A DNA stretch of 64,000 nt, taken from Escherichia coli (GTDB lineage Bacteria; Pseudomonadota; Gammaproteobacteria; Enterobacterales; Enterobacteriaceae). Shown one piece after another: positions 14,105 through 27,270 of this stretch (the stretch's first letter is position 1; every line of letters starts with the position of its first letter). The position numbers and the translations under genes were made by a program. The stretch lies in assembly GCF_041248615.1 (NCBI RefSeq), contig NZ_CP158426.1. The stretch is one strand, 5' to 3'. The notes below the pieces were generated by a model. That model had not been told where the DNA came from and made no database searches. It saw only the letters and a program-made list of their open reading frames with translations.

Positions 14105-15337
14105 TTATGCGACGGGGTCTATTTCCCAGCCGGTGCGGCAATCAGTAAAGAGGCCTTGCGGGCAGCGTTCTAATGTCACCCGCGTTGCCTGCTGCCAGTT
14201 AGCGAAATCAGTAATCGCATGACGTAACCCTTTTTGCAGCGTTGTCGTTGGTTTAATGCCTTCTTGTAACCACAGAGAGATAACTTCAAGGATGCCTGTC
14301 TGGCGATGCATTTTGGCATCCATTCGCCCAACTAATTGCCCACGATGTAATAACGGCAGAACAAAATAGCCATACTGGCGTTTCGGCGCTGGGGTATAGC
14401 ACTCCAGCCGGTAGCTAAAATCAAAAAGCTGCTCTGCGCGTTTGCGATCCCAGACAACAGGATCAAAAGGCGAAAGTACCGCGCTGTGCGTTGCAGTGAG
14501 CTTTCCGGCCAGCGCACGCTCGAGTAGCGGCAGCAAATCAGCATGCAGCCAAAGATTGCCCAATTTTTCAACATGCACAGCAATGATTTGCTGCTGTTCA
14601 GCCCTCGCTTCGCGCCACGCCGCCAGTGCCGGACGTTTCAGCCGATAGTAATCTGCCAGCCACTGTTCGCGGAATATTCCCAGGCTACGCGCACTGTTAT
14701 CCAGCATGATGATTTCTGCTTCTGTTTGCGAAACGAGATCGCGCTCATCATCCCAGTCAGGCATGACTCGGTGGGTTAAATCATAAACGCGCTGGAAGTT
14801 GCGCCGTTCAATCACCATCACCTTTCCGGCAGTAAATAAACCTTCCAGATGCCGTTTATGCGGCTTCCATTCCCACCAGCCGCTTGCACCTTTACGAGAA
14901 TGCTCGAAATCGGCTGAACGTACCGGCCCCTTATCATGAATATGCTGAATTAACTGTGCAATTTCCGCCTCATGTTCCTGCATCCAGGCGTTTTTGTATT
15001 TCCAGCCCATTTTTTCAGGTGCCAGCATGCGGTGGCGAATAAGACGAAAGTCGCTACGCGGCATAAAGCAGGCTTCATGCGCCCAGTATTCCATTAATTC
15101 GCCACGCGCCAGAGACTCATCCAGCCACTGGGCAGGATAATTTCCCAGACGACTGAAAAGCACCAGATATGGACTACGGGCAACAATATTAATGGTATCG
15201 ATTTGCAGCAAGGACATGCGGGAGATCGTTGCCGGAATATCCTCCAACGATGCTCGACGGCGGGGTTTGTTTAACAGGCCTTGCGCGGCGAGGTGAAGAT
15301 TACGCGCATCAGCAAGAGAGAGGTGCGGCAGCGACAT
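14105..15337 (-). CDS. ycaQ: winged-helix DNA-binding protein YcaQ (interstrand crosslink glycosylase family)
   Basis: 410 aa ORF; synteny between lpxK and ycaR. Confidence 0.8.
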   Translation of the reverse strand: MSLPHLSLADARNLHLAAQGLLNKPRRRASLEDIPATISRMSLLQIDTINIVARSPYLVLFSRLGNYPAQWLDESLARGELMEYWAHEACFMPRSDFRLIRHRMLAPEKMGWKYKNAWMQEHEAEIAQLIQHIHDKGPVRSADFEHSRKGASGWWEWKPHKRHLEGLFTAGKVMVIERRNFQRVYDLTHRVMPDWDDERDLVSQTEAEIIMLDNSARSLGIFREQWLADYYRLKRPALAAWREARAEQQQIIAVHVEKLGNLWLHADLLPLLERALAGKLTATHSAVLSPFDPVVWDRKRAEQLFDFSYRLECYTPAPKRQYGYFVLPLLHRGQLVGRMDAKMHRQTGILEVISLWLQEGIKPTTTLQKGLRHAITDFANWQQATRVTLERCPQGLFTDCRTGWEIDPVA

Positions 15338-15373
15338 TCATGACTCCATCAATCGAACGCTGCCGCGGCGTAA

Positions 15374-16360
15374 CTAGTTGCCAGAAGCCAGCGAGGTTAG
15401 TTGCGCAAGCAGTTTCGCTGGTTCATCACCTGAAAGCTGTGCGTCAACAGGCAAATACCACCAATTTCCTTCGGCAAAGGGCAGGCATTTCACCGCATCT
15501 TTTTCAGTCATTACCAGCGTTTGCCCGGCGCTTACCAACGCACTAACATCCGCATGGTTCAAAGACTGATGATCGGCCAGTGGTACACATTTTTCCGGTT
15601 GTACGCCGCACATCTTCAGCGTGGCAAAAAAGCGCGGCGGATGCCCAATCCCTGCCATCGCCACCACATGTTCAAGCTGAGCAACGTCACAACGCATACC
15701 GGTACGTAAATTCACCGCCTGACCCGGCAGCAGATGCATGGGGATTTCACCGCTGCGTGGGACACCGCCGTTGACGATTACCGCATCAACCGACTTTAAG
15801 CGCCCCGCTCGCTCACGCATTGGCCCCGCCGGCAACCACCAGCCATTGCCAAAGCGACGCACACCATCAATAACGACGATTTCCATATCACGCGCCAGAC
15901 GATAATGCTGTAAACCGTCGTCGGTTACGATGATCTGCACATCAGGGTGTTGCGCCAGAATGGCTTTTACCGCATCAGAACGCACGGGAGAAACCGCAAC
16001 AGGCGCATCAGTGCGTTGATAAATCAACACAGGTTCATCACCCGCCTGTGCTGTTGTGGTATCTGCCGACAATAACAGCGGATAAGATTCAGCCTTACCA
16101 CCATATCCCCGCGATACGACCCCCACGCGAATACCGCGCTGTTGCAACTGTTCCACCAGCCAGACAACGACCGGGGTTTTTCCGTTGCCGCCTGCGGTGA
16201 GATTACCAACCACGACAACCGGTACGGGGGCACGCCAGGCGCGCTTCAGTTTTAGTTTATAGCAAAGACGGATCGCGCCACTTACCAGGCCATACAACCA
16301 GGAGAGTGGCAGCAATAGCCGCCACAAAGGGGATTCACCAGACCAGATTTTTTCGATCAT
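15374..16360 (-). CDS. lpxK: tetraacyldisaccharide 4'-kinase
   Basis: 328 aa ORF with P-loop [12 protein letters not shown]; overlaps msbA stop by 4 nt. Confidence 0.92.
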   Translation of the reverse strand: MIEKIWSGESPLWRLLLPLSWLYGLVSGAIRLCYKLKLKRAWRAPVPVVVVGNLTAGGNGKTPVVVWLVEQLQQRGIRVGVVSRGYGGKAESYPLLLSADTTTAQAGDEPVLIYQRTDAPVAVSPVRSDAVKAILAQHPDVQIIVTDDGLQHYRLARDMEIVVIDGVRRFGNGWWLPAGPMRERAGRLKSVDAVIVNGGVPRSGEIPMHLLPGQAVNLRTGMRCDVAQLEHVVAMAGIGHPPRFFATLKMCGVQPEKCVPLADHQSLNHADVSALVSAGQTLVMTEKDAVKCLPFAEGNWWYLPVDAQLSGDEPAKLLAQLTSLASGN

Positions 16361-18105
16361 TGGCCAAACTGCATTTTGTGAAGTTGCGCGTAAACGCCGC
16401 GGTGCTCAAGCAAATCGTTATGCGTACCGCGTTCCACAATGACACCATCCTCGACGACCACGATTTCGTCTGCCTTTTCAATGGTAGACAAGCGGTGGGC
16501 AATCACCAGAGAGGTACGGTTTTTCTGCAACTCATCCAGTGCCGCCTGAATCGCACGTTCGGATTCGGTATCCAGAGCCGAGGTAGCTTCATCCAGAATC
16601 AGAATCGGGCTATCACGCAGCAAGGCTCGAGCGATAGCAATACGCTGACGCTGACCGCCAGAGAGCAGCACGCCGTTTTCACCAATCACTGTATCGAGAC
16701 CGTTATCCATCTTATTGATGAAGTCCATGGCGTAGGCCATACGCGCCGCTTCTTCAATTTGCTCACGGCTGTACTGTTCAGTCCGTGCGTAAGCAATGTT
16801 GTTAGCAACCGTATCGTTAAACAGATGGACATTCTGCGACACCAGAGCAACCTGGTTACGTAACGACGCCAGGGTATACTCGCGCAGATCGTGACCATCC
16901 ATCAGGATTTCGCCTTCATCAATATCGTAAAAACGAGTGATCAGGCTGGCGATGGTTGATTTACCTGAACCAGAGCGTCCAACCAGAGCAACCGTCTTCC
17001 CTGCCGGAATTTTCAGGTTGATGTTACGCAATGCAGGTACGTCACGTCCCGGATAAGTAAAGGTGACATTGCGGAATTCCACGTCGCCAGTCGCACGCTC
17101 GATCACGCGCTTACCTTCGTCTTTCTCCTGCTCACTGTCCAGAATGGTAAACAGCGTCTGACAAGCCGCCATACCGCGCTGGAACTGGGCGTTAACGTTG
17201 GTCAGTGATTTCAGCGGACGCATCAGTGCAATCATTGAAGAGAAAACAACGGTAATCGTACCGGCAGTCAGGCTATCCATGACACTTGGGAAGCTCGCCG
17301 CATACAGAACAAACGCCAGCGCCAAAGAGGCGATCAGCTGAATGATCGGATCAGAGATGGAAGAGGCTGAAACCATTTTCATCCCCTGAAGACGCATTCG
17401 GTTGCTGACTTTATCAAAGCGTTTCGTTTCCACTTCCTGACCACCGAAAATCAATACTTCTTTGTGGCCCTTCAGCATTTGTTCGGCGCTGGTGGTCACC
17501 TGCCCCATGGTGTTCTGCATGTTTTTACTGATGTTGCGAAAACGCTTCGATACTACGCGAATCGCAATCGAAACAATCGGTGCCAGCACAATCAAAATGA
17601 TCGACAGTTGCCAACTGTAATAGAACATCATGATGAACAGGCCGATGATTGACGCACCTTCACGCACAACCGTTATCAGTGCGCCGGAAGAAGAAGAAGC
17701 AACCTGTTCGGAATCGTAGGTGATACGTGACAACAGCGTCCCCGTTGACTGTTTGTCAAAAAATGAAACCGGCATTCCCATCATGTGACCAAACAGGCGG
17801 CGACGCATGGTCATTACCACCTTTCCTGATACCCAGGAGATACAGTAGCTGGAGACATAGCTGGTGATACCACGTAAAATCATCAGCCCGATCACCACCA
17901 GCGGCATCCACACCAGCACGGAGCGATCTGTTTTACCAAAGCCATCATCAAGAAGTGGCTTAAGGAGCGATAACATGAAGGTATCGCTGGCTGCGTTGAG
18001 GATTAACGCTACGCCCGCCACGATCAGACCCGCTTTAAAAGGCGCAATGGTTGGCCACAGTCGGCGGAATGTCTGCCACGTAGAGAGATCTTTGTCGTTA
18101 TGCAT
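16357..18105 (-). CDS. msbA: lipid A export ABC transporter ATPase/permease MsbA
   Basis: 582 aa ORF; Walker [13 protein letters not shown] signature LSGGQRQR. Confidence 0.95.
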   Translation of the reverse strand: MHNDKDLSTWQTFRRLWPTIAPFKAGLIVAGVALILNAASDTFMLSLLKPLLDDGFGKTDRSVLVWMPLVVIGLMILRGITSYVSSYCISWVSGKVVMTMRRRLFGHMMGMPVSFFDKQSTGTLLSRITYDSEQVASSSSGALITVVREGASIIGLFIMMFYYSWQLSIILIVLAPIVSIAIRVVSKRFRNISKNMQNTMGQVTTSAEQMLKGHKEVLIFGGQEVETKRFDKVSNRMRLQGMKMVSASSISDPIIQLIASLALAFVLYAASFPSVMDSLTAGTITVVFSSMIALMRPLKSLTNVNAQFQRGMAACQTLFTILDSEQEKDEGKRVIERATGDVEFRNVTFTYPGRDVPALRNINLKIPAGKTVALVGRSGSGKSTIASLITRFYDIDEGEILMDGHDLREYTLASLRNQVALVSQNVHLFNDTVANNIAYARTEQYSREQIEEAARMAYAMDFINKMDNGLDTVIGENGVLLSGGQRQRIAIARALLRDSPILILDEATSALDTESERAIQAALDELQKNRTSLVIAHRLSTIEKADEIVVVEDGVIVERGTHNDLLEHRGVYAQLHKMQFGQ

Positions 18106-18141
18106 TCAAAAAACCAGCATTTGTTGAAATAGCCGCATATT

Positions 18142-20406
18142 CTACCCGTTATCCACTGGCACGCCAAACCACTGATGATACCAACGAGGTAAAATTTGCT
18201 CCCTGAGGCTGCTAATCCGCCAGCCTTGCGCTGAAAAATTGACCGTTATTTGCCCCTGATGAGGAGTATCAAGCCACGTATAACCCTGTTGTTGATAGCG
18301 ATGTTTAACTTTGTTAGAGGGCAGTCTCCATGCGTTATAGCGCGATGCCGATGCGAGTGCCACTTTTCCATTCACTCGCTGAATTAATGGCAACGATGAT
18401 GAGGTATTACTGCCATGGTGAGGTACCTGAAGCAATGTTGCCTGCACTTGCTGCCAGTAACGGCTTAGCATCTTTTGTTCAGCGGGAGCTTCAATATCAC
18501 CGGTTAGAAGAATGCTATTCGTCCCGTCATCAATCTTAACCACACAGGAATGGTTATTTCCTTTATCGTTGCTACCTTGTAAAGGCCAGTGCGCGCTGAA
18601 ACGCAATCCTTGCCATTGCCACGCTTCGCCACGCACACAGGGCTGATGATGTTCCCAGTTTAACGGACTTCTGATCCATAACATCGGCCATGTATGCAAT
18701 ATTGAGTCCAGCCCTCCCCGGTGATCCAGATGTTCATGACTCAGAATAACGCCTTCCGGTTCAAGATTATGCCAGTGGAGCCAGGGGATAATCAGTTGTT
18801 GCCCACTATCCCCTTCGGGCCAGGCCAGTCCCGTGTCATAGAGAATCGCTTTGCCGTTTCGCGCAATGACCATTGCCAGCCCTTGCCCGACATCAAGCAT
18901 GTACACTTGCCACTCGTCAGGTCGAGGTTTTTGCCACAGCGGCCAGCACATCAGCAAGCCTACAGCCACACACATTGCTGGCAACGTTCGCCAGGCGTTT
19001 AATCGCCATACCACCAGTAAGAACCATGGGGAAAATGTTAGCCATTGCCAACGTTCAGCAATGTTGATCCACCCTTCCGGCAAACTCTTTAACCCCCAGA
19101 AAAGTAAAGCCAAAGACCGGTCGGCAAGAAACCATAACCCTTGCTCCAGAATTAACGGCCCGCTTAAATGCGCAACCATCGCGGCGAGGATCAACGGAAC
19201 CGTGATAAATGTCACCAAGGGAATTGCAAAAAGATTCGCAATAAACGAGGTCAGACTAATGCCATGAAATATGACGATTTGCACGGGCATAAGCAGGAGG
19301 GTGATTCCCAGTTGCAGATGGATGAGGGAAACAACCGCACGCAATACCGGCGGCAGCTGCCACTCAGGACAGGGAAACCACTGATACCAAAAAATCAGTG
19401 CCGCGACCGCAGCGGCAGAGAGCCATAAACTTTGCGAGAGAATGGCAACAGGATCCATCAGCAAAATTGCCGCCAGACAACATATCCATACATCCCAGCC
19501 ACTCCACTGTCGCCCACTTAACTTAAGCATTCCCCACGTAGCAAGCGCCACCACGGTACGAAATGCAGGAGGTTGCATTCCCGTCAGCCAGGCATAAAAA
19601 GCAGCACAGCAGATTCCGCCAATTAATGGCATTTGCCAGTGGATCCAGCGCCCAGGCAGAAAAATTTGTCCACTGCGAATGAGTCCGGCAGCCAGCAACG
19701 CTGCAAAAGCGATGTGCAATCCCGATATCGCCATTAAATGCGCCGTTCCAGTATCACGCATGATATTTTTGATTTCTTTGGGGACGGATAACCGTTCCCC
19801 CATACCTAAACCAAGAATAACCGCGTTCCACATATAGGGTTGCAGCGTTGTTTGTAGTGACGCCAGATACTGTGCACGCAGGCTACAATTCGGTTCAATG
19901 ACACTTGCCTGCAGAAAGCGGCCGGTGAGCGGCTGATGCTGGGCAATGGCATAACGCTGGCTATCAAAGCCGCCATCATTAAGTTGACCATGAACTGCAC
20001 GAACTTTGAGTTTCATTGACCACAGTTGTCCAGCACAAACCGCTTGCGGAAGATATTCGCCATACAGCACGAGGCCTGGCGCAGGGAATATACGTCGACC
20101 TTGTAGATGAGTAATTTGACCGTAATGAGTGGTCATACCGTCAGTAGCAGTGATCTCAACAATTGCATCCTGCGTCGCGCCAGTTAAGGTTTCTCCTGCC
20201 CACAAAATTTGCTTTGCTGCTAATATGCCCCAAACGAAAAACAGCAACGTCAGCGCGATATAACGGACAGTTTTAAAAGGGATAAATACCAGTACGCAGG
20301 CGAAGACGGTCAGAGACGCAAGGGTTAATGTCCCAGGCAATTGGGGCAAAATCAGCAACGGAAAAATTCCGCAAATTATGCATACGCCGACTGTCGTTAT
20401 TTTCAT
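18142..20406 (-). CDS. ycaI: ComEC/Rec2-family inner membrane protein YcaI
   Basis: ORF 18142-20484; start placed at MKITTVGVCI; polytopic membrane region plus C-terminal metallo-beta-lactamase-like domain. Confidence 0.8.
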   Translation of the reverse strand: MKITTVGVCIICGIFPLLILPQLPGTLTLASLTVFACVLVFIPFKTVRYIALTLLFFVWGILAAKQILWAGETLTGATQDAIVEITATDGMTTHYGQITHLQGRRIFPAPGLVLYGEYLPQAVCAGQLWSMKLKVRAVHGQLNDGGFDSQRYAIAQHQPLTGRFLQASVIEPNCSLRAQYLASLQTTLQPYMWNAVILGLGMGERLSVPKEIKNIMRDTGTAHLMAISGLHIAFAALLAAGLIRSGQIFLPGRWIHWQMPLIGGICCAAFYAWLTGMQPPAFRTVVALATWGMLKLSGRQWSGWDVWICCLAAILLMDPVAILSQSLWLSAAAVAALIFWYQWFPCPEWQLPPVLRAVVSLIHLQLGITLLLMPVQIVIFHGISLTSFIANLFAIPLVTFITVPLILAAMVAHLSGPLILEQGLWFLADRSLALLFWGLKSLPEGWINIAERWQWLTFSPWFLLVVWRLNAWRTLPAMCVAVGLLMCWPLWQKPRPDEWQVYMLDVGQGLAMVIARNGKAILYDTGLAWPEGDSGQQLIIPWLHWHNLEPEGVILSHEHLDHRGGLDSILHTWPMLWIRSPLNWEHHQPCVRGEAWQWQGLRFSAHWPLQGSNDKGNNHSCVVKIDDGTNSILLTGDIEAPAEQKMLSRYWQQVQATLLQVPHHGSNTSSSLPLIQRVNGKVALASASRYNAWRLPSNKVKHRYQQQGYTWLDTPHQGQITVNFSAQGWRISSLREQILPRWYHQWFGVPVDNG

Positions 20407-20562
20407 GCACCCCTCCCTGTTTATGGAAAGTGTGCAACTTTGTTGAGCGGTTGTCTGGTGGGAATTTTGCGTTCCCCGAGGCACGTTCAGAAGAATTTAA
20501 CGAGAGGGTGAAAACTGCTCAAAACTCTGCGAGGCAGCTTCCAGTTCCAGATTAGAGAAATG

Positions 20563-20592
20563 AAAAAAGCACCCGACAGGTGCTTTTCTCGC
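20563..20592 (-). terminator. rho-independent terminator after ihfB
   Basis: Minus strand gcacctgtcgggtgc stem followed by TTTTTT. Confidence 0.7.
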
Positions 20593-20612
20593 GTTCAAGT
20601 TTGAGTAAAAAC

Positions 20613-20897
20613 TTAACCGTAAATATTGGCGCGATCGCGCAGTTCTTTACCTGGTTTAAAGTGAGGAACGTATTTTCCTTCCAGTTCTACTTTATCGCCA
20701 GTCTTCGGATTACGTCCGGTACGTGGTGCGCGGTAGTGCAAAGAGAAACTGCCGAAACCGCGGATTTCAATACGCTCGCCCTGCGCAAGAGTCGAGGCCA
20801 TATGCTCCAGCATCTCTTTTACTGCATCTTCAACCGTCTTGGCGGGAATGTGCGATTGCTGGGTGGCAAGTCTTTCTATCAATTCTGACTTGGTCAT
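20613..20897 (-). CDS. ihfB: integration host factor beta subunit
   Basis: 94 aa [23 protein letters not shown], recognised as IhfB. Confidence 0.95.
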
Positions 20898-21056
20898 GAT
20901 TCCTCCGGTTCCTTAAAGGCAAATTAAGCGGCTGCTGTTGCTGCATTGATTAAGGGCGGCCGTAGCCGCCCTTAGTGCTTGATTACAGGACGAAACCTGC
21001 AATCTGTCAAGTAAACTCAACAAACTTCGGAATAAAAATCCCGAAGAGTCAGAGAA

Positions 21057-22730
21057 TTACTCGCCTTTAGCTGCTTTGAAAGCTTCAGCCATTGCGTTGT
21101 TGGAGAAGTTTGCATCTTCCTGTTTGTTAACAGTTGCGATTGCATCTTTCTCGTCAGCTTCGTCTTTCGCACGAACAGACAGGCTGATTGCGCGGTTTTT
21201 ACGATCAACGCCGGTGAATTTAGCTTCAACTTCGTCGCCAACGCTCAGAACCAGGGTAGCGTCTTCAACGCGGTCACGGGATGCTTCAGAAGCACGCAGG
21301 TAACCTTCAACGCCGTCAGCCAGTTCTACGGTTGCGCCTTTAGCGTCAACTGCAGTTACTTTACCGGTTACGATAGCGCCTTTCTTGTTCAGAGCAACCC
21401 AGTTGTTGAACGGATCTTCTGCGAGCTGTTTAACGCCCAGGGAGATACGTTCACGTTCTGCGTCAACCTGCAGAACAACTGCAGCGATTTCGTCGCCTTT
21501 TTTGTATTCACGAACTGCTTCTTCGCCTGCAACGTTCCAGGAGATGTCAGACAGGTGAACCAGGCCGTCGATGCCGCCGTCCAGGCCGATGAAGATACCG
21601 AAGTCAGTGATAGACTTGATTTTACCTTCAACACGGTCACCCTTGTTGTGGGTTTCCGCGAACTGCTGCCACGGGTTAGCTTTGCACTGTTTCAGACCCA
21701 GGGAGATACGACGACGTTCTTCGTCGATATCCAGAACCATAACTTCCACTACATCGCCAACGTTAACAACTTTGGACGGGTGGATGTTTTTGTTGGTCCA
21801 ATCCATTTCGGAAACGTGTACCAGGCCTTCAACGCCTTCTTCGATTTCAACGAAGCAGCCGTAGTCGGTCAGGTTGGTCACGCGACCAGTCAGTTTGGTA
21901 CCTTCCGGATAACGTTTAGCGATAGCTACCCACGGATCTTCGCCCAGCTGTTTCAGGCCCAGGGATACACGGGTACGTTCGCGGTCGAACTTCAGCACTT
22001 TAACAGTGATTTCATCGCCAACGTTGACGATTTCGCTCGGATGCTTAACGCGTTTCCAGGCCATGTCAGTGATGTGCAGCAGGCCGTCAACGCCGCCCAG
22101 ATCAACGAATGCACCGTAGTCAGTGAGGTTCTTAACGATACCTTTAACTTCCATGCCTTCCTGCAGGTTTTCCAGCAGCTGATCGCGCTCTGCGCTGTTT
22201 TCGGATTCGATAACGGCACGACGAGAAACAACAACGTTGTTGCGCTTCTGATCCAGCTTGATTACTTTGAATTCAAGCTCTTTGCCTTCCAGGTGCAGAG
22301 TGTCACGCACCGGACGAACGTCTACCAGAGAACCTGGCAGGAACGCACGAATACCGTTCAGCTCAACAGTGAAGCCGCCCTTAACTTTGCCGTTGATAAC
22401 ACCGGTAACAGTTTCAGCATCTTCGTAAGCTTTTTCCAGCGTGATCCAGGCTTCGTGACGTTTAGCTTTCTCACGGGACAGCAGAGTTTCACCGAAGCCG
22501 TCTTCTACTGCGTCCAGAGCAACGTCAACTTCGTCACCTACCTGGATTTCCAGCTCGCCCTGGGCGTTTTTGAACTGCTCAGCCGGGATGGCGGACTCAG
22601 ATTTCAGACCAGCGTCAACCAGTACTACGTCTTTGTCGATAGCAACAACAACGCCACGAACGATAGAACCCGGGCGGGTTTCGATTTCTTTTAAGGACTC
22701 TTCAAAGAGTTGAGCAAAAGATTCAGTCAT
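21057..22730 (-). CDS. rpsA: 30S ribosomal protein S1
   Basis: 557 aa ORF with repeated S1 domains, recognised as RpsA. Confidence 0.96.
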
Positions 22731-22840
22731 GTTTAATCTTCAGGTTTATATTTAACGTCCACCTGGCTCCATGCCGGATGGGGTTGTTTAACATACCCGC
22801 TGTCATTCCATTGCAACGGGGGTACTGCAAATTCGGTCGC

Positions 22841-23524
22841 TTATGCGAGAGCCAATTTCTGGCGCGCGTATTGTAGCGCTTTTTCAATCACTTGCTCAAT
22901 GCTTAAGGTGGTGGAATCCAACACTAAAGCATCGGCTGCCGGAACCAGTGGCGCTACCGCTCGGTTACGATCGCGGTCGTCGCGTTCTTTGATCTCGGCC
23001 AAAAGGCGCTCAAAGTTAACACTAAAGCCCTTCTCCTGCAACTGTAGCATGCGGCGATGCGCACGTTCTTCCGAGGAGGCGTCAAGGAAAATTTTCACTG
23101 GCGCATCAGGGAATACCACCGTTCCCATATCGCGGCCATCGGCAATCAAGCCTGGTAATTCGCGAAACGCGCGTTGGCGACGCAATAATGCTTCACGAAC
23201 GCGTGGGAATGCCGCGACTTGTGAAGCAGCATTCGCCACTTCCTGAGTACGAATTTCGCCGCTGACATCTTCCCCTTCGAGGATCACTTCCAGATTGCCA
23301 TTGGTCGACACAAAACGTACATCCAGATGGGATGCCAGCGGCACCAGCGCATCTTCCGATGCAACATCAACATGGTGATGTAATGCCGCCAGTGCCAGTA
23401 CGCGATAAATTGCACCCGAGTCCAGCAGATGCCATTGCAACGCTTCCGCCATAGCCTTACACAAGGTGCCTTTCCCTGCACCGCTTGGGCCATCAATGGT
23501 AATAACCGGGGCAATTGCCGTCAT
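22841..23524 (-). CDS. cmk: cytidylate kinase
   Basis: 227 aa ORF with P-loop GPSGAGKGT. Confidence 0.92.
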
Positions 23525-23696
23525 CTTTATCTCCTTAAAACAGGCGTACCGTTAACATAACCGCGCGCATTATACGCGCCGACGCCACAAATCGTTAACG
23601 TTGTGTGCAAAAACCAGTTTTGTCTGTATTCAGATGGGGATTTATTGCGCAATTATAGCGGGCTGGCAGAAGACCAGCCCGAAAGATGACAATGAT

Positions 23697-24461
23697 TTAC
23701 TTACCAGAGGCGATACGATCACGGATGTGTTGCGCACGCTCTGTTGATGGTGGGTGAGAGTCAAACATGGACTGGGTACGACCGCCATCCAGGCTGGCCA
23801 ATTTTTCAAAGCTGCCAACCAGCCCCTGGGTGCTGATGCCACGTTTCTTCAACAGATCAAAGGAGAAATCATCTGCTTCGGACTCTTTATCGCGGGAGTA
23901 TTTAGCATTGATCGCGCCTTCTGCGATATCACCTAATTGTGAGCGAGAAAGCTGGGAAGCCACACCGCTGGTAGCGGAAATCGCATCACGTGCGGCAACG
24001 ATCGCATAAGAAGCTTTCATTTCAGCCAGCGAGTGACCCAACGCGACGTGGCCCAGTTCATGACCCAGAACGCCTTCAATTTCGTTGTCGTTCATCATGT
24101 CCATCAGGCCACTGTAGACACGAACACAGCCGTTCGCCATCGCCCATGCGTTGACGTCGCTGGTCATATAAACCTTATAGTTGACCGGCGTGCCATTAAT
24201 ATTGTTACCCAATGCTTTGGCGATTTTTGCCAGACGTTTACCGTACTTGCTGGATTTACTTGCGACTTGATTGCCGCTGTCCATTTCGGCACAGCCCTGA
24301 TTGGCAATCGCTTTTGCATCAGCATCGCTTAACGTTGCTGCTTTATAGGCATTTAAACCTGAGCTGATAGCCATATTGGTATCAATACCGTGGGTATTTT
24401 GACACCCTGTCAGTAATGCTGCAGAAGCCGCAATCGCCAGCAGTAATTTAGTATTCTTCAT
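23697..24461 (-). CDS. ycaL: M48-family metalloprotease lipoprotein YcaL
   Basis: ORF 23697-24485; start placed at MKNTKLLLAIAASAALLTGC (lipobox); HELGHVALGH zinc motif. Confidence 0.82.
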   Translation of the reverse strand: MKNTKLLLAIAASAALLTGCQNTHGIDTNMAISSGLNAYKAATLSDADAKAIANQGCAEMDSGNQVASKSSKYGKRLAKIAKALGNNINGTPVNYKVYMTSDVNAWAMANGCVRVYSGLMDMMNDNEIEGVLGHELGHVALGHSLAEMKASYAIVAARDAISATSGVASQLSRSQLGDIAEGAINAKYSRDKESEADDFSFDLLKKRGISTQGLVGSFEKLASLDGGRTQSMFDSHPPSTERAQHIRDRIASGK

Positions 24462-24629
24462 GTGAATCATCCGTTGATTAATCATATATAAATATTATGT
24501 ATCAACAACTTACATTGACAAGCGACGCTACCATTAATCAAAATGACTCACAAGGTCCGAAAAAAAACGCCGACAATGTGCCGACGTTTTGATAAAGAAA
24601 GATTTGGCTATTTATTGCCCGTTGTTCAT

Positions 24630-25913
24630 TCAGGCTGCCTGGCTAATCCGCGCCAGCTGCTCGAAATAATCCGGAAATGTTTTGGCCGTACATTTGGGAT
24701 CAAGAATCGTCACTGGTGTATCTGACAACGCCACCAGCGAGAAACACATCGCCATCCGGTGATCATTGTATGTCGCGATCTCGGCAAAGTTCAGTTTTTC
24801 CGGTGGAGTGATACGAATGTAATCGTGCCCCTCTTCTACTTCCGCACCAACTTTACGCAGTTCTGTTGCCATCGCAAACAGGCGATCGGTCTCTTTAACA
24901 CGCCAGTTATAGATATTGCGCAGCGTGGTGGTGCCTTTTGCAAATAACGCCGCCGTGGCAATGGTCATCGCCGCATCGGGAATATGGTTCATATCCATAT
25001 CAATAGCGTTCAGTTCACCACGCGTGCAGGAAATATAATCGTCGCCCCAGCAAATAGTCGCGCCCATTTTTTCCAGCACATCAGCAAAGCGAATATCACC
25101 CTGCATACTGTTGCGTCCAATGCCGGTCACTTTTACAGTGCCGCCTCTGATTGCTGCTGCTGCCAGGAAGTAAGAAGCCGAAGATGCATCGCCTTCGACC
25201 AAATAAGTACCCGGAGACTGATAAGACTGCCCGCCTTTTACGACAAATTGTTGATAGTGCTGATTTTCAATTTCAACACCAAACGTCTTCATCAGATTGA
25301 GTGTGATGTCGATATAAGGTTTAGAAACCAGATCGCCTTTAATACGAATAACCGTATCTTCCGGCGCAAGAGGCGCAGTCATTAATAGTGCGGTGAGGAA
25401 CTGGCTGGAAACGGAGCCATCAACGTCAACGTTGCCGCCAGTAAAGCTGCCCTGTAAACGCAATGGCGGATAATTTTCTTGTTCCAGGTAAGTGATCTTC
25501 GCCCCGCCCAGGCGCAGCGCATCCACCAGATGACCAATGGGGCGTTCTTTCATACGCGGTTCACCGGTCAGCACAATATCATTGCTACCCAGACAAAGAG
25601 CTGCCGCCAGCGGACGCATTGCCGTTCCGGCGTTACCGAGGAACAACTCCAGGGCACTTTTTGCGTGTAATGGACCGCCGTTACCGATGATTTCGCAACG
25701 CGTACGATCAGCTGAAAGCGTATAGCTTACCCCTAATGCCTTTAACGCATTAAGCATATAGCGAACATCATCGCTATCCAGCAGATTAGTTAATACTGTT
25801 TTACCGTGTGCCAAAGCCGCCAGCAATAAAGCGCGGTTAGAAACGCTCTTGGAACCGGGCAGATTAATAGTGCCATCGACACGGACGATGGGTTGTAACG
25901 TCAGGGATTCCAT
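24630..25913 (-). CDS. aroA: 3-phosphoshikimate 1-carboxyvinyltransferase (EPSP synthase)
   Basis: 427 aa [38 protein letters not shown], recognised as AroA. Confidence 0.95.
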   Translation of the reverse strand: MESLTLQPIVRVDGTINLPGSKSVSNRALLLAALAHGKTVLTNLLDSDDVRYMLNALKALGVSYTLSADRTRCEIIGNGGPLHAKSALELFLGNAGTAMRPLAAALCLGSNDIVLTGEPRMKERPIGHLVDALRLGGAKITYLEQENYPPLRLQGSFTGGNVDVDGSVSSQFLTALLMTAPLAPEDTVIRIKGDLVSKPYIDITLNLMKTFGVEIENQHYQQFVVKGGQSYQSPGTYLVEGDASSASYFLAAAAIRGGTVKVTGIGRNSMQGDIRFADVLEKMGATICWGDDYISCTRGELNAIDMDMNHIPDAAMTIATAALFAKGTTTLRNIYNWRVKETDRLFAMATELRKVGAEVEEGHDYIRITPPEKLNFAEIATYNDHRMAMCFSLVALSDTPVTILDPKCTAKTFPDYFEQLARISQAA

Positions 25914-25983
25914 GAACTCAACTCTCTACAACAGAAATAAAAACCCCACAGGCTGGCTGTGGGGATTAAGCAAAATTTCGGCA

Positions 25984-27072
25984 TTAGCCGTGACGGCGTT
26001 CGAACTCAATCATGAAGTCTGTCAGCGCTTTAACGCCTTCCAGCGGCATGGCGTTATAAATAGACGCGCGCATTCCGCCGACCACACGGTGACCTTTCAG
26101 CGCATGAAGGCCAGCAGCAAAAGACTCTTCAAGGAACAATTTGTCAAGCGCACTGTCCGCCAACTGGAACGGCACGTTCATCCGCGAACGGTTAGCTTTC
26201 GCCACGTCATTGCGGTAGAAATCGCTGTTATCAATCACCCCATACAGCAGTTCTGCTTTTTGCTGATTGATTTTATCCATTTCAGCTACACCGCCGTTCG
26301 CTTTCAGCCATTTAAAGACCAGACCAGACAGATACCAGGCAAATGTCGGCGGCGTGTTAAACATGGAGCCGTTATCGTTGAGGATGGAATAATCCAGAAT
26401 CGACGGACACGCGATATTCGCTTTGCCCAGCAAATCTTCACGAACGATGACGATTGTCAGGCCTGCCGGGCCGATATTTTTCTGCGCGCCAGCGTAAATC
26501 ACGCCATAACGGCTGACGTCAATCGGACGGGAAAGAATGGTTGAAGAAAAGTCGGCGGCGACCACCACATCTTTGCCGAAGTCTGGCGTTTCGTCGATGG
26601 CGATACCGTCGATAGTTTCATTCGGGCAATAATGCATATAAGCAGCATTATCAGAGAGTTGCCATTCACGCATTGGTTTAACCGCGCGCAGACCATCAAC
26701 AGTCACTTTGGCGTCAAAGACATTAGGCGTGCAGTATTTTTTCGCTTCTTTAATGGCACTTGCCGCCCAGTAACCGGCATCAACATAATCTGCAGTGGTT
26801 TTATCACCGAGAATATTCAGCGGAACAGCAGCAAACTGACCGCGACCGCCGCCATGGCAGAACAATACCTTGTAGTTGGAGGGGACATTAAGAAGATCGC
26901 GAAAATCCTTCTCGGCTTCCTCTGCAACCTGAATGAACTCTTTGCCACGGTGACTCACTTCCATCACCGACGTACCAAGACCGTTCCAGTCGCGCAGTTC
27001 CTGTTGAGCCTGTTTAAGCACCTCTGCCGGTAGCATTGCCGGACCAGAACTAAAATTGAAGATTTGAGCCAT
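25984..27072 (-). CDS. serC: phosphoserine aminotransferase
   Basis: 362 aa [18 protein letters not shown], recognised as SerC; serC-aroA operon arrangement. Confidence 0.95.
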   Translation of the reverse strand: MAQIFNFSSGPAMLPAEVLKQAQQELRDWNGLGTSVMEVSHRGKEFIQVAEEAEKDFRDLLNVPSNYKVLFCHGGGRGQFAAVPLNILGDKTTADYVDAGYWAASAIKEAKKYCTPNVFDAKVTVDGLRAVKPMREWQLSDNAAYMHYCPNETIDGIAIDETPDFGKDVVVAADFSSTILSRPIDVSRYGVIYAGAQKNIGPAGLTIVIVREDLLGKANIACPSILDYSILNDNGSMFNTPPTFAWYLSGLVFKWLKANGGVAEMDKINQQKAELLYGVIDNSDFYRNDVAKANRSRMNVPFQLADSALDKLFLEESFAAGLHALKGHRVVGGMRASIYNAMPLEGVKALTDFMIEFERRHG

Positions 27073-27270
27073 TTCCCCTCACCACGTTGCGTTGCTATTA
27101 ACCTGCGGTCAATCGATTGCGACCACAGGTAATACATTATTCCTGTGGCTATCGGTTTTATCATTCAGTGACACACATCGCAATGAGTAAAACCGTTGAG
27201 GGCAAAAATGTGGCTTGCATCACACAAAAGAATCTCTCGGATTATTAGCAAAAAGCCGATGTTTTTACTG

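Noticed and set aside
21555-22694. 379-aa plus-strand ORF inside rpsA
   Set aside because: Antisense shadow of ribosomal protein S1; no independent start signals; composition atypical.
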